Counted from the first letter of the stretch, positions 40,599 through 56,352 are shown. The stretch: DNA of 64,000 nucleotides from Octopus vulgaris (GCA_951406725.2 OX597825.1:39804001-39868000), one strand, 5' to 3'. Translations and numbers: made by a program. The notes: generated by a model not told the origin, from the sequence alone.

Positions 40599-41078
40599 TA
40601 AGTCTGTTATTTATATAATTTTTCAAATGTCCTGCCCGCCAAATTTGGTTCTGGTGTTCGCTGAATTCTTCCTCTAGAGAATTTCCCTTGTAGTTTGATC
40701 GTTGATGATCTATTTCTAGCATTCTGGCCGGCTACCTAGCAGGCCAGCCCTGCCAATATACACATATATATGTATATATATATATATTCCAAGAAAGACG
40801 TTGTGAATCCAACCAAGTAAGGGATAGTATCTATCCAATATACTGCTGGTAGATTACCCAATTATTAATGCACAAGTGTTTTTTATGCATTGAAATTACA
40901 TTATCGATTAAGGGTATTTTAATGTTATTTTAAGAGTGCAATAAGAAAATGGAGGGGATAAATATGTGGTATTCTTCAACTTTAGACATTATATTATGTC
41001 AATTCCTTTATTTATTTACTTAAAGGACAAATTCAGCATTATACATACATGTATAACATATTATGTTTTACATATATA

Positions 41079-41109
<31 letters not shown>

Positions 41110-41281
41110 TTCAACAATTTCTGGTATCTTTATATATTATATATGTAAAGCATCATAAGTTATGCATGTATGTATAATGATGTAATTGTCATTTTAGTTA
41201 ATAATTAAATAAATAGACATTATATAATCTCTAAAAGTTGATGCATACCACCTATTGATATCCTCCATTGTTTTATTGCTA

Positions 41282-41338
<57 letters not shown>

Positions 41339-41814
41339 TTATAAACATGTATGTATATATGTATGTGTGTCTATATATATATATATATATATGTGTGTGT
41401 GAGTGCATAAATAATAGATAGATAGATGAATTGATAGGCAGCTTCACAGATAATAAGTTTAGCTGAGATTCATAAAGATTATTGACGATCCGATGAACCT
41501 ATAGTGTGCTACACAAGCAATCAGCAGGGGCGGCGTTGCACCTTAGAGCTGCAATACATGTGAGTTAATAAAGTCAATGCATCCTTTTGTATTCCTTTCG
41601 TCTATAAATTTGTTATTAATGGTCTGTGCTCGAACTGTCGATTAGTTCTGAAAGAATGTACATATATCGAAATGTTGCACCAGGTTATTAGTATTAATAT
41701 GACAAAGCTACATAATAATAATAATAATAATAGTTTTTTTAAAATTATTATTATTAATATAGCACAAATGCACACACAAACGCACATACACACACGCATA
41801 TACATACATATATA

Positions 41815-41953
<139 letters not shown>

Positions 41954-43137
41954 GCATATATGACTACTTAAAATTATACAAATATTTTTGTAATTGTAAA
42001 AGATATTTAATAGTTTTCAAAATAATGTTATTTATGATTGAGAAATCAATTCTTATGGGTTTACCTTAATTGAGTATCTCATTATTATTGATTCCAGCGG
42101 AATGAACAGTTTTGCCTGGACCTATTGTTCATGTTCGTCTAACCTATTTTTCTGCCTTTGTTAGTCAAAATAATCACAATAGTTGTTCCATTAAATGCAT
42201 TCATCTTTTTAATTTCACTCGTAGAGTGATTAGCTGTCACGATCTGACATGATAGATTGCAGAGATACAATTAAGATGAAATGATTAGAGACAAAGGGTG
42301 CAGAATCGAGATATATTTGGGTGGGGAGAGAATCAATAAAATATACAGTAATGTGAAATAAAATTTCATAAATATATAAAAAATGTATAAAATATATAAA
42401 AAAGGATGACATTTTTTTATCTAATGAAAATATGATTTAGAACATCTAATGTTTTGTATGATTGTAGTGCCAAAGGCTACAGTAACTTGAAAAGCACAGT
42501 AGTAATGTGGCAATAACTTCAGGCTCTTCTAACAAAAATGTTTGTGGTAATTTGATTACATACAATATAATATTCTAAGTTACTTGTTTTGTTTATTTAC
42601 TTTTTTATTTTAGTCTTTATGTTAATTGTATTCTCTTAGTTTCTAATCTTACAATTTTATTAGTAGCCTAAGAACATATAAAATTTAAAACTTCGTTTTA
42701 AGTTTTACTCATTGTTTTGTTGATAAATTAAATAATTATATAGAAAATTTTAATTATTGATGAAGAGTAGGCTAAATGTTTATAGCTAACTTTCATTCTA
42801 TTATAACAGGAGGCATGAGAGGTAAACAAAGTTACTTAACCACTTGCCATCCTTAGGATTACTGCCGTTTCGCAACATCCTGCATGTAACACCTATTTCA
42901 ATGTATAGTAAATAACGTTTACATGTCTGCTCTTATATGCAAACTTGCTACACATTATACAATAGCATTTTATATTCACAAATCAATACAGAAAAAAATG
43001 CTACCTATCAGGTGACCACAACATCATGGTTACGTCAATGATTCAACGTATACAGATATGTATACACAAACACATACATATATATGTATATATCCATCAC
43101 GTCTGTATGTTTATATATAAATATGTATGTACGTATA

Positions 43138-43204
<67 letters not shown>

Positions 43205-43297
43205 AAAAATTTAGATTAAGTTGAATATCGTACTTCAGTTAAACGCACCAGAATTTAGTATGGTATTATCCATATAATTCGAAATGGGGTGATTGTC

Positions 43298-43334
43298 ATC
43301 GAAATAAGCAACAAGGATATCCTTGTTGCTTATT

Positions 43335-43339
<5 letters not shown>
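43298..43339. repeat. Perfect 42-bp palindrome made of the family B 3' end
   Basis: atcgaaataagcaacaaggat|atccttgttgcttatttcgat; the arm matches 24160-24182 and 34765-34788. Confidence 0.92.
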
Positions 43340-43373
<34 letters not shown>

Positions 43374-43374
43374 G

Positions 43375-43684
43375 AAATATGTTATAAAAAGAAAATACAA
43401 AAAAAATACAAGTGGAAATGTAAGGGTAAAATATGAAACATCAACGAAAATGCCCATTGCAAATGAAAAAAAGGCTATTTATGACAGGTAATGACAAATA
43501 TATACATTTAGGTTGACTGAGGTAGTAATAAGAGTCATAAAAGTCATTGTTATGAGATGATTATAAGATGATAATAAAGTAAGAGGACAAAGCGAACCAT
43601 GGTTTACGCAAAGCTATTCATCAGGGCTGCACACAGACGGGACAAATTACAAGGTAGAGCGTTTCTTTAGGGAAAAATATATAA

Positions 43685-43685
<1 letters not shown>
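43375..43685 (-). repeat. Copy of the 9960 repeat with a degenerate hammerhead-like motif
   Basis: Reverse strand agccCTGATGAatagctttgcgtaaaccatggttcgct; homologous to 9960-10210. Confidence 0.7.
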
Positions 43686-43741
<56 letters not shown>

Positions 43742-43742
<1 letters not shown>

Positions 43743-44425
43743 ATATTGGCAGGGCTTACTGCTAGGGAGTTGGCCGTATGCTAGAAATAGTCCATCAACG
43801 ATCAAGCTGCAAGGAAATTCTCTAGAGGAAAAATACAGCGAACACCAGAACCAAATCTGGCGGGCAGGACAAATGAAAATTTATATAAAAAACAGAATTA
43901 AATGCATACCTCAGTTTCGGCCTTTAACAAAAGAATTACTTACGTAATACAAATGTCCGCGCTTCTTCAGTGCATTCGTTCATTGTAATGTAAACTAGAA
44001 GACTAACCCCAGCTTTCGTGCCAGTACAGACACGTGTATAGTTTTACCGATTACACTAGTGATAAAAGTTCAAATGTCTTGGTTCTGGCGCGCTAAATAA
44101 TTCCTGAGGCGAAGGGCTGCAGTAAATAATTCACTGCGGTTGGTGCTTACTACTAGAGAATGTATTTATTTCAATATTTAAATAATGAGGGAGATAAATT
44201 AATATTAATTTTAATATCAATTTAAAACCAGTAGTCCAGCATACAAAAAATCTGAGAAGTCAGAGAAAATTCTAATATATGTGTATATTGGCAGAGCTTA
44301 CTGCTAGGGAGTCGGCCGTATGCTAGAAATAGACCATCAACGATCAAACTACCAGGAAATTCTCTGAGCAAAAATACAGCGAACACCAGAACCAAATTTG
44401 GCGGGCAGGACAAATGAAAATGAAA
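43742..44425 (-). mobile_element. Second, more diverged family A retrozyme-like element (542-bp period)
   Basis: tattggcag.gcttactgctaggg at ~43744 and ~44286; colinear with 40078-40770; (TA)n flanks. Confidence 0.88.
43901..43976 (-). ncRNA. Type I hammerhead ribozyme motif (family A)
   Basis: Reverse strand: aatgca CTGAAGA agc..ggcc GAAAC tgag GTA tgcatt; perfect 6-bp stem I. Confidence 0.8.
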
Positions 44426-45012
44426 ATTTATATATATATATATCCAATGTATAGAAGTTTAGTTCACGTGTGATCTAAATGATTAAGTATGCTAGGAATG
44501 TATTGTGATGAATTACTACTCCCTTTAAATTCCTTTCATTTTGCTCTATTTTTACTTCATCCTATACCTACTCATACTCTCTCTTATTTTCTCGGCTACC
44601 TCACACTCAATTCTTAGAGACCATACACCTATACATATTACTTTATCCTATAGCCAATCCTTGAATTCCGCTCTCGCTGTTTGTACCTATTTTCCTATGT
44701 ATTTTCTCTTCGTTTCGTTTACCATTCAATAGCCACCTGCGCTACCATTCTGTTATTGAACGCTGATATTTTCGCGTCTTTTTTCTCTGGATGTCATGAA
44801 TTTAACCCACGTGGATCTGCGCAGGGTTGTACCTAAGGACATTCTCTCGTAGATCTACACAGGATTGTACTTCAGACTCTGTTTTCTTTCTATAACATCG
44901 GAAATATAAACAGTTAAACTTGTTCTTCTTTCTTTCTGTGCCCTTATTCCCTTCTCTATGCTGTCATCTCATTAATATAAGCTATTCTTATTTTCCCTAT
45001 TTTCAAATCTTT

Positions 45013-45051
45013 GTCCCTGATGATGGAATATACCAGAAACAGGTGTATGAC
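45013..45051 (+). ncRNA. Minimal type I hammerhead motif near the end of a TA-flanked segment (44445-45120)
   Basis: gtcc CTGATGA tgg-aatata-cca GAAAC aggt GTA tgac; stem III is one change from the palindrome acagctgt. Confidence 0.75.
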
Positions 45052-45121
45052 TGAAGTTTTTCTAAAAATTATATCTTATACGACTTGAGATATTTGCCTT
45101 GCCTCATTGTTTATTGTCCTC

Positions 45122-45175
<54 letters not shown>

Positions 45176-45382
45176 ATAATTTCTTTTTCAGAATGAGATA
45201 AAAAAAACTAAGGGTCTGCAGATATTAGAACCTTTATAAATACGTTGGACTCCTTGTTTGCATAACTTAGAGCCTAACCATGGTCTATCTATAGCAGTTA
45301 CAGAGCATTACCTGACATCTTTGACACCTTCGTGTCTTATTGGTACCATTACCTCTCTCTCTCTCTTTATATATATATATAC

Positions 45383-45431
<49 letters not shown>

Positions 45432-45922
45432 TATGTAACGGCGGTGCATCAGCATGGCCGCAGCTCTGAGCTGAAACAAGAAAAACGAAAAAAAATGTAT
45501 ATATATATATATATATACTTTTGTATATATTGCACACTCAGAGAAGAACCACTTGGTAGTCTTGCATGCAAGATCACTAGGCTGTTTTGCATGCTGAAAT
45601 GAAAGGTCAATTCACCAAACCACGAAAAGTACATTTTTAGTACGTTGAAAAAATAAAATAGGACAGGTTGATTATATACTTCGAAGTTTCATATTAATAA
45701 CTAATAAAATTTTCTTGCCCGCTAACGGTCCACGTGCTTTAAATTTATTTTTTCGTGTGATTCTCCTCTCAGTGTGCAATTTAAACGCGCGCCCGCGCAT
45801 ACAGATACACGTGTAACTATTTCATGGCCTACGGAAAATTTTCTATGCATTCTGGCCACAGTTATAAATTATTATCTTTAATAATCTTTACACTTCTATA
45901 TTTATTTATGCATGTATATATG

Positions 45923-45997
<75 letters not shown>

Positions 45998-46253
45998 TAT
46001 AATATAAATAATATATAAACACATGCATATATTCATACATATATGTACATACCTACATATATATGTATATATACATGCATATATGGGTACAGCACATAAA
46101 AAAATGTGGAACACAATGAGAAACGAAAACATAAAAGCAAAAACATAGAAACGAACTTTTAATCAAACGACGTAAAAACAGAGAAGCAAGACATACAACA
46201 CAAGGAATAATCCACTTTTCCAGTTGTCCCAGTTTCATTTACCCCGCAGTTCG

Positions 46254-46355
<102 letters not shown>

Positions 46356-46364
46356 TATATGTGC

Positions 46365-46401
<37 letters not shown>

Positions 46402-46475
46402 TATATATATATATATATTTATATATATATGTATATGTGTATATGTATATATGTATATATATGTGTGTATATATG

Positions 46476-46513
<38 letters not shown>

Positions 46514-46534
46514 CGTGTGTGTATGCGTCTGCTT

Positions 46535-47030
46535 AAGCAAAGTAACTAATAAAATCTGAAGAGATTAGAGTAGTAACTATATTAACAATTTCATCTCCGC
46601 ATCAAAGTGGCTGTTCCATCTTTCTACTAGTTCAGCCCCAGGCAGATCTTCTTCCACCTGGTCATCGGTGGGGAGCTGCACCCTGTACATAGATATATAT
46701 TGGTAGCAGAGAGAGCGAACACTTACCATCCTCTAGCAGACATCAGGGTTGCGAGACTGTCTCAGTTTCGAGCTGGGTGTCTCATATTCACACACGAATG
46801 CCTGGACGCCAGTGCCTTTCCCAGCCAAGATCCTTTCCAGCCTGCAAAACCTTGTAAGCAAAGCGACCATCGGTCACTGATTTTCGTGAAGCAAAGTAAC
46901 TAGTTGTTAAATCTCAAGAAGACATCCGAAGAGTAACTATACTAACAAGTAAATTTAATCGCTATATCTAAGAGGCTATTCCATGTTATTACTAGCTTAA
47001 CACAAGGCATATATCTCGGCAGCTGGATAC
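46535..47030. repeat. Diverged direct repeat of ~130 bp with ~354-bp period
   Basis: aagcaaagtaacta..agtaactata.taacaa..ggct.ttccat..tactag at ~46535 and ~46889. Confidence 0.65.
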
Positions 47031-50000
47031 GGGTGTGGTGATGCAACATATACACATACTAGAATGTAAAATACGAGCTAGGCATGACAATATTATTAAA
47101 TATTTCATAAATCTGGGAAAATACACGTTAAGAAGTAAGCCTAAAATAAAAGTGCCCATCAAAATATTGCAGCGATAATAAAATTTGAATCGGATGCCAA
47201 CTAAATAAAATATTCAAATAAGCCAAGCCATTCAATACAGATCGACTGTCTTTCATCCAAGAAGTATCCTAATACAAAAGAGCACAAAATACTGCAGCTA
47301 AATATAATATTCGATAAAAATAATCTGATGTCCGATCACAAATTCCCATGTATCAAATAATTGCTTTAAGAGTTTTCAAATAGAGATTCATTTTTGTTTA
47401 TTTACCAACAACTTTCCTTTAATCTTCCTGCTTCACGTTCTTACCCCTTCCGTTCTTTGAATCTCGAACTGTAGTACACCTGCAATATTCATGTGCTAGA
47501 TTTTACATACGACTCGAATGTCAGAGATCTAGCCGATGCCTCTTGCGTAGTAATCGGCTGTTCTGGTTTCATTTGAACTTTAAGCTCTGCACTGCAAAAG
47601 CGTCGAAAAAACTGCTCTTTCAGATGGAGAGTCAAACGTTTCTGTGCAATTATTCAATGTTTAAATTTTTTAGAAATTAATCATTGATAGTTCGGACGAT
47701 TACGTCTATTAACTGTGATTTACTTCAAAAGAAATCTGTTCGGGATTGACCGGGTGCATAAAATAATGTTGACTATAAGCACATTTGATGCATGCGTTCT
47801 AATAATTTTAATACGAATATGTAGTTGCATTCAAATATTCATAGAATCTCAAATATAAAGACATTTATCGCACTTATATCATAATTAGTTAATTATATCA
47901 TTGCGTTCGTGTTTACCGCGGAAGGAAGTAACTTTCTACCGACCGTCTATATAATTTTGTAAAATCTCTAAAGTTTATAGGATTGATTGATAGATATATT
48001 ATTAAATATGAGCAATTCTAACTATAAATCTGTATGAAAATATTTTCACAATTCTGCAATAAGAAAACCTTGTGAAGTTGAAAAGTTTTACCTCAGTAAT
48101 TACGGTGCGTGTTTGTTTGGTGCGCTGAGGGTCATGGTAATCCAGCAGTTTATATATAAGAATGAAACGGAGGTTGTTTATTATAAGAAAGAAGAAAGGA
48201 ATCGGCGCGTGGATATCTAGCAATCTGGTGTACTTTTGAAATGTGAAATACGTCATTTGCGTGCCGTCTAACTATCTTCCAACATTTATCTTTGCATTCA
48301 GCTGATATCTGCATCACAATTTCTAGGTAAACAGCGACAGATATGTACTGAAGTAACTTACGAACCTGAAGCGAGCATAATATTCCTTACGCAATTTATA
48401 TTATGCTTTGAAACTGAAATTGCGAGGAACAACTACTGAGGTGACATTGAGTATTTTACATGTGTGTGATGCACAGGGATTAGTATACGAATGTGCGTGT
48501 TACGAAATATGTAGGAGCCTAATATAATCATTAAATTTTCTTGCAATGTCGCTTTTCGCAGTAAAAGAAAAGCCAGATTGAAATTATTCGGCTACATTTT
48601 CCACATGAATTATGCATAAATTCTCTGTTGTCACAGAGGAACGGATAATAGCTGAAATTTCTAAGATTGGAGCTGTAACAGTGAAAGCAAGAATATTGCA
48701 AAGGGAAAAAATAAAGTTTCGAGGAAATGCTTTACATGGAATGTGGTTTAGAATATTGTTCAAATAATGAGAGGAGGAACCGAATGCAAACCACATCTTG
48801 GCGAATGAAATATTCAATGTTTATTTCTATCTGTGTGCTATTTATCAAGCTGACTATAACACCTGCCTGTTTGTTCTTAAATAGGAAATATCTTTACGAA
48901 GATTTTTGAAGTGTACCTTGAGATGACACAATAAGGAGATGATAGTTCCTTCGTATAGACAAAATATTATATAAAGGTTAAAAGTGACTAGTCACGTGTT
49001 CGTTAAACTTGTCTTTCAAGCATTTACAGGTGTTTCTTTAGATTTTTATCCAGGATCATTAATATATAGTAAATGAAAATATTAATTAAACATCAGAAAA
49101 TAGATAGTCATTTTTGAAGAAAGTAAATGTTTTGTAGAAATTCAATCTCCTATCAAATGTTTAAATTTTATATAACATCTTTCAGTTTCTTCGTATGATT
49201 ATAAAATGTTATTCCAATTTTACTGTATGTTACATAAAAGTCTTGTTCTAATATATTATACTAGCAGTATGTTTCAATGTAGAATTAGCTTCATATTATT
49301 CTTTCTTATTTTAAGCAAATGCTGCTCGTCTTTCATATCTTATTTACATAAGTGCCCTTCATAACCAAATGAAATGAAATCATCACTAGTCCGTTATGCT
49401 TCACACTACTTTGACATTTAATACAAAAGTATTCCTACTATTAGGAAAGTTTTTTCAAAACACATTGGAGTATTTTCATATGGCCAGAGTATCGGCATTT
49501 AATAGACATGTGGGACTTAAATGAGGTCGAAGTAGACATACGAATTGAAATATTGTATCTAACAGTTTACACTTGATGTATTCAGTGAATTATTAAATTA
49601 TTGCTTTCAATGCTACGCTGTTTTATTTCAGTCTCAATAATGAGAATCGTATGATTATATATTTCAAACAATTACATATTATAACGTCATTTTCTTTTAA
49701 TATTATTGGCACGTCTAGCTGAGCACCTGAATTCCTGAATTCCCAAATACTGATAGAGGTATCTCATGTGAAACAATGTGAAATGCAAGCATACTAATGT
49801 TGAAAACTCAAATGAAAGGTAAAGTGTAGAGTTAGGCATTATAATTGGTTATGATCTATCGAGTTTAAATCACAACATAGAAAAAGATTGATTGAGAAAC
49901 AGCATTAGTAAAATAAGAAATTGTATTTGGATACTTATATTTTGTATTATTTAAAATCCTCTTATCTAAGCTTAAATTTAAACATATATGTATGTTTGTG

Positions 50001-50426
50001 TGTGTTCGGGCGCGAGCGACAGATTATCAAGTTCCTATTTCTCACCAATACTTTCATTAGTACTTTATTGATAACGATATCGGAATGATATGTAGGTAAC
50101 TAAATTATCTACTGAAACACTATTTAGGGAATTAGGTAATAACAAATCACTTAAGTTAAAGTGAAATATGTTTTGTTGCACGCATAATATTTAAAGTCGA
50201 TGAAATTTTGTGAAATATTCTAAAGTAGAAATAATAGTCGAGTGCATTCATTCAAACTTTATTAAAAACAATTATGGATAACAAGATATTACTCAATATA
50301 AATCTCATACATGAATATACAATCTCTTCAAGTAACAATTGTATACATTTAGTCTGTATATAAAGCAGTGAGTATAAGTATATATTTAACATCATTGCAT
50401 TATATAAATATACATACATATATATA

Positions 50427-50508
<82 letters not shown>

Positions 50509-50547
50509 TAAATAGACTTGGACGCAGATGTTATTCAAATTCTTTTA

Positions 50548-50681
50548 CTTTCGACATATGTTTCTAAGACAACATTGGTTTTATTCCAAAGGAATAAACG
50601 GTGTAAAATAATGTAATCTTCTCTTGTTGAGATAGGTTCTCTTTCTTTCCTGATGAGAATATGACATTATTTTACACCGTT
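50548..50681. ncRNA. Split, inverted hammerhead halves at a fold-back junction
   Basis: Minus strand gives GAAAC atat GTC gaaag (50548-50564); plus strand gives ctttc CTGATGA (50645-50656); 50597-50623 and 50655-50681 are inverted copies. Confidence 0.6.
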
Positions 50682-51240
50682 CGATATACCAATTTACATA
50701 TTAAAATCATTCCTGGAATTGGTATGTAAATATTAACGATTTTGTGGTAAGTGGTACATTGTTATGCAAATATAAAATACTATAAAGTATACTAAATATT
50801 TTATAAATCAGTACAATGATCTATTGTGCCAGTAGTGCTTCATTCGTAAAGGTTGTTTCTACAAGTATTCTATCGAAATTATAGCTAGCACTGAGTTTGC
50901 TACAAGAATCGCATCGAGACGTCAGATGTAAACAACTTATGAGATCGGAGAACAGATGAGTAATGTGGGTATATGCAATATTTCGGAGGCCTCTTCGTCA
51001 GCACCGATCTAACCCATTCTCGTCTCCGAGAACATTGCTTTTACAGCCAGCGCATACAACGGTGTTAAGGTATTGGATACACCAATTTACATATTATCAA
51101 ACGGATTCCCGGAGCTGGTATGTAAACATTAATGATTTGTAGGAATGTGGTATTTCGTTAAAGAAACATGATATACTATCAGCTCCAGGAATACGTTTAA
51201 TATGTAGATTGGTATGCCCAATATCTTAACACCGCTGAAA
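50682..51240. repeat. Tandem (393-bp period) plus inverted repeat containing a hammerhead motif
   Basis: ccaatttacatatta..tggtatgtaaa.attaa.gattt at 50689 and 51082; inverted partial copy at 51180-51235. Confidence 0.75.
50968..51005 (-). ncRNA. Minimal type I hammerhead-like motif
   Basis: Reverse strand: ggtg CTGACGA agaggcctcc GAAAT attgc ATA tacc. Confidence 0.6.
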
Positions 51241-52084
51241 TCGATGGCTACATAGGCAATGTGGTTGGAAGCGAGAATATTGGTACTGATGAAGTGGCAA
51301 CAGCCTCAGAAATATAGCATATACCATCATTATCCATTTTTGTCGCCGGTCTCATTGTACACAGACACACACACGCACACACACACGCACACGCACACAC
51401 ACACACACACACATATATATGTATAACAACTCTAGCGTGGGGATGTATTGAGCTATAAAAAAACACAACAACCATTAGTTTCACCTCAACATTCGAATTT
51501 AATTTGTGTCAAAATAACTTCGCCGCTTTGAAACCGCGACTTGTTCACTAACAAATCTTCACGCTGCACCTGAGAAAGAAAAGAGAGAAAAATAAGCAAA
51601 GAAAAGTATTTGAGTTTAACCGTTGTCTGTGCAAATAGATACATATATATGTGTAGATGGATAAACGCATTCATGTGTATACCGAATGATTATAGGTATA
51701 TACGTGTGTGTATACGTGTTTATATGATTGTGTGTGCTTGTATATAATGTATAGGTAAATTCATATTTCCATGTTTGAGACTAAGGCAATGTATCATTTC
51801 ACTGTTAGACGGTGGTAAAAGGAACATACACATGTATATATAGAATCTTTGACAGATTAACAGTTGTATATACAACTCGAACAGATAATTATATCAATAC
51901 ATAAGCATACGCTTACATGTAATACACATCTACACAAACGCAGACACGTCTATACACTTACATAAATAAATACATACAAAATACATGCGTATATTCGTAT
52001 ATGCATACATATGCATGTACACATACGCAAACGTACTTGCATACATGCACATATACGTACATACATACATACGTACATAAATAC

Positions 52085-53128
<1,044 letters not shown>

Positions 53129-54099
53129 ATAATGATCTAATTAATCCTTTCTCATATGCACCAGAAAGATTTGTCAGTGAACAGGTCGCGGTTTCAAAGC
53201 AACATATTGACTGTATTTTAATGTTGAAGGGAAACTACCTGATTTCATGTTTTCAAATGGCCTACAAACATCCTCCACACTGCAATTGTTTTTGTATCTA
53301 CCCACTTACTCTTTATTCTTATTTACACTTGATATTATTATAGCTACACCCACCATATTCACCCAAGCTCTTATTCATTTTGTCTACACTGCTTGCCGCC
53401 TCGTACACATGTTTACACGCCCACTACTGTCTACGGTCATGTCCTTCGAAGCGCAAAATGCGAAACACTTTCTGTTCTTAAACCCTTATTAATACTCTTT
53501 ACTATTTACTTACACTTCTTTTCACATATATACTAATTTAACCGAATCCTCTCCACCTTTCTAAATCAATACCGAAGAGGTGTAGCATTGAGTCTAGTGC
53601 ATTGCAATTTTCATTTGATGCCTCAGGATCATATTTATGGAACAGAGGGCGTGTTGCATTCATTTAAATATGCTCTTTATTTCGTAATACTTCAGAATAC
53701 ACAGTTCTAAATAAGTTCCATCTAATACTTACAACTCAAGTACAGCCGATTGTATCTCTCGCTATTTCTAGCTGTCACACACTCAATTATCCACAAGATA
53801 AAGAATGGATGAACCATGTCTTATATATCGACCATGTTATGGATTCTAGAAAGGTCCTTAAAACAATGGGTGATAGCATTGAACGAGCGGGTACCAAGTC
53901 ACACACCTCGTCATACACATTTAAAAGGGAAGCGGTAGATTGACGCATATCATTTTGCATCAAAACTTGCTTAATGAATTTTTCCGGTTATTTGCATTGT
54001 TATCATCCTCTATAGAACAAGTTTGCTTTTCTATCTTCAGCGCTATCGCCTACCCTGACGCATCGCTGATTCTGTGCATTTATTATAATCAAAGCAAAT

Positions 54100-54139
54100 C
54101 AAATCATCATCATCGTAATCACCATCATCATCATCATCG

Positions 54140-54191
<52 letters not shown>

Positions 54192-54345
54192 TATCATCAC
54201 CACCACTACCACCACCTCCACTAACACCAACACCAACACCATCATCATCACATCACCCTTATCATCATCATAACCATCCTCGATCCTCGTCGTTATCGTC
54301 GTCGTTGTCATTGTCGTTATCGTTGACGTCGTCGTCGTTGACACG
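54100..54345. repeat. (CAT)n/(CAC)n/(CGT)n microsatellite
   Basis: Direct reading. Confidence 0.95.
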
Positions 54346-54433
54346 CATGTGGATGTTTTTGTGATGGTTGTTGCATTTGTTTCAACAATAAGCTCAATCG
54401 AATTGCTACTATATATATATATATATACATATA

Positions 54434-54586
54434 TACGACGGTCTTCTTTCAGTTTTCCTCTACCAAATCCACTCAGAAGGCTTTGGTCGGCCCGAGGCTA
54501 TAGTAGACGACTCTTACCCAATGTGCCATGCAATGGGACTGAACCTGGAACAATGTGGTTGGTAAGCAAGCTACTTACAACACAGC
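54434..54586 (-). mobile_element. SINE of the 8108 family (5' part)
   Basis: Reverse complement of 8108-8258. Confidence 0.8.
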
Positions 54587-55779
54587 TAAATATATATATA
54601 TATATTAATACGTATCTACATACACAACATATATGAATACTTAAAAAATATATAAATATAATTATATATAAAATATATATAAATAGAATACATGTAGGAT
54701 GTATATGGAAAAAGAGAGTAAAAGAGAAATAGTAATAACTGTTTTCACTATTAAGATTAAGAGCTGTTAAGAATGCCTAAAAATTCCAATTAAGAAGTCC
54801 ATAAATTTCAATCTGTTTTTGAATAAGCATAAATAGCATATGATACAATCAAAGGAAAATTTCTTTCTAGGGCCGTTTGTAGAGTTCATGTCCTAGTAGA
54901 AAAGTTAAGAGGTATTCTAGAATCTATGTGAGCAATGTAACTTTCAACGCGAAAGTCATCATTATTAGAAAATTACATTCAGACAATTTGTAGTTATTAC
55001 AGTGGGATGGATGTAGGTTTATATTAAAAAAATCATTCTTACGTATGCAAATGAGAGAATGGAGACATTGAATGATGGGACAAGTAACCTATTGGGATTT
55101 AATTTTAATTAAAGAAAGCACAATGAAACAGTCACAGTATTAAAAGCTAAAAGGTTCAGATTGCAGGTACTCCTCTAAATCAATCATCCAATATATTTGG
55201 TTCTATAGATTTTCAAAGTGGAATGGCATTTATGTCTACATGTCGGAATCACATCAAAGAATTTATTTAATGTGTTTGAAGTATATGATCTAAGGATTAT
55301 ATATGACTCTATTATACATAACCTGCATCTGTTAAAACTTGCACTATAATTAAGGGGTAGGGCCAAGATATGGTATGGACCAAGATAAAGTATAATCCGT
55401 GTTGCTATCTCTTAGGTATTGTGAATGAGGCGAGGAACGCTGAGTTTTTATACTAAGCTTTAGAAAATGAGTATAAACGTGCCCTGTATCGCCTCTTTAA
55501 ATTATACATTGCTTCCTGCATATGGTTCTTTACTTTTGCGGTATATTTATATGTCACATTTTTCCAAGACATAAACTGACAAGTGGACATAATTCAGAGT
55601 TTCTACGGCTACATATTTCTTTTTAAACTGTTCTGCTACCATAAAAAAACTGTTCTGCTATTAATATATTAATATATCAAATATATAAGTTAGAGATGTG
55701 TGCGTTTTCACTTTTCATGCGAAAACGGCTTCACCAATTACTTCCATACTAGTGATGAAAGAATAACGTTTACATTCTT

Positions 55780-56352
55780 TTTGCTCATTAGGGAAGATGC
55801 TACTTTTTATTAAATAACTACAGGTATATTCAGTCAGGACATGTTAACGTTGTTGATCGATAATTATTTGGTTAATTTGTTTCTTTGTTTTTTCGAACGA
55901 TTTACAAACCAACAGGGGATCATACTAGAATGGTGCAAAACAATGTTGTAAAATTTTGTTAGTAGTTCATGGCTCTCTGTGAAGGCATTCAACCAGAAAT
56001 TATGAATTTTATCCTTTCTTGGATAATTTCTTGGTTATTTGCTTGACCTACTGAGAGCAGATCTTATATCTGCTACCTTGAGACACTCCTACATTTACTC
56101 CTCTAAGGAGACCAAGTCTGTAGATATTGTAGCAATTCAAGGGGCCTTTTCATTGTGCGTTTCTTCTTCTGTCCAAATTTCATTCCAAAATTCCTGCACT
56201 TCTTCATTTAATGGGACAGACTTTACTGTAAAAATTTTGGGGGTTATTTTTGAACATGTTGTTGTCCTTGAAGAATTTAACGCGTTTTTTATACCTTGCT
56301 ATGCGGGCAGCTTTAGCACATACCTTTTGCTTGATGGTTTCTATGTTGGTTA
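55780..56352 (-). mobile_element. Degenerate R4/Dong-like internal fragment upstream of RT
   Basis: Reverse strand EVQEFWNEIWTEEETHN and NFWLNAF remnants; abuts (TAA)n. Confidence 0.55.

Larger units (their letters stand above)
39648..40770 (+). mobile_element. Retrozyme-like non-coding element (family A): inverted partial copy (39648-40077) followed by ~1.27 tandem units of 546 bp
   Basis: tgtcctgcccgccaaatttgg at 40082 and 40628; 39648-40077 is the reverse complement of the same unit; each orientation carries a hammerhead. Confidence 0.88.

Noticed and set aside
39648-40770. CRISPR array or LTR retrotransposon
   Set aside because: No short repeat-spacer periodicity, no TG..CA ends, PBS or PPT; the unit is circularly permuted
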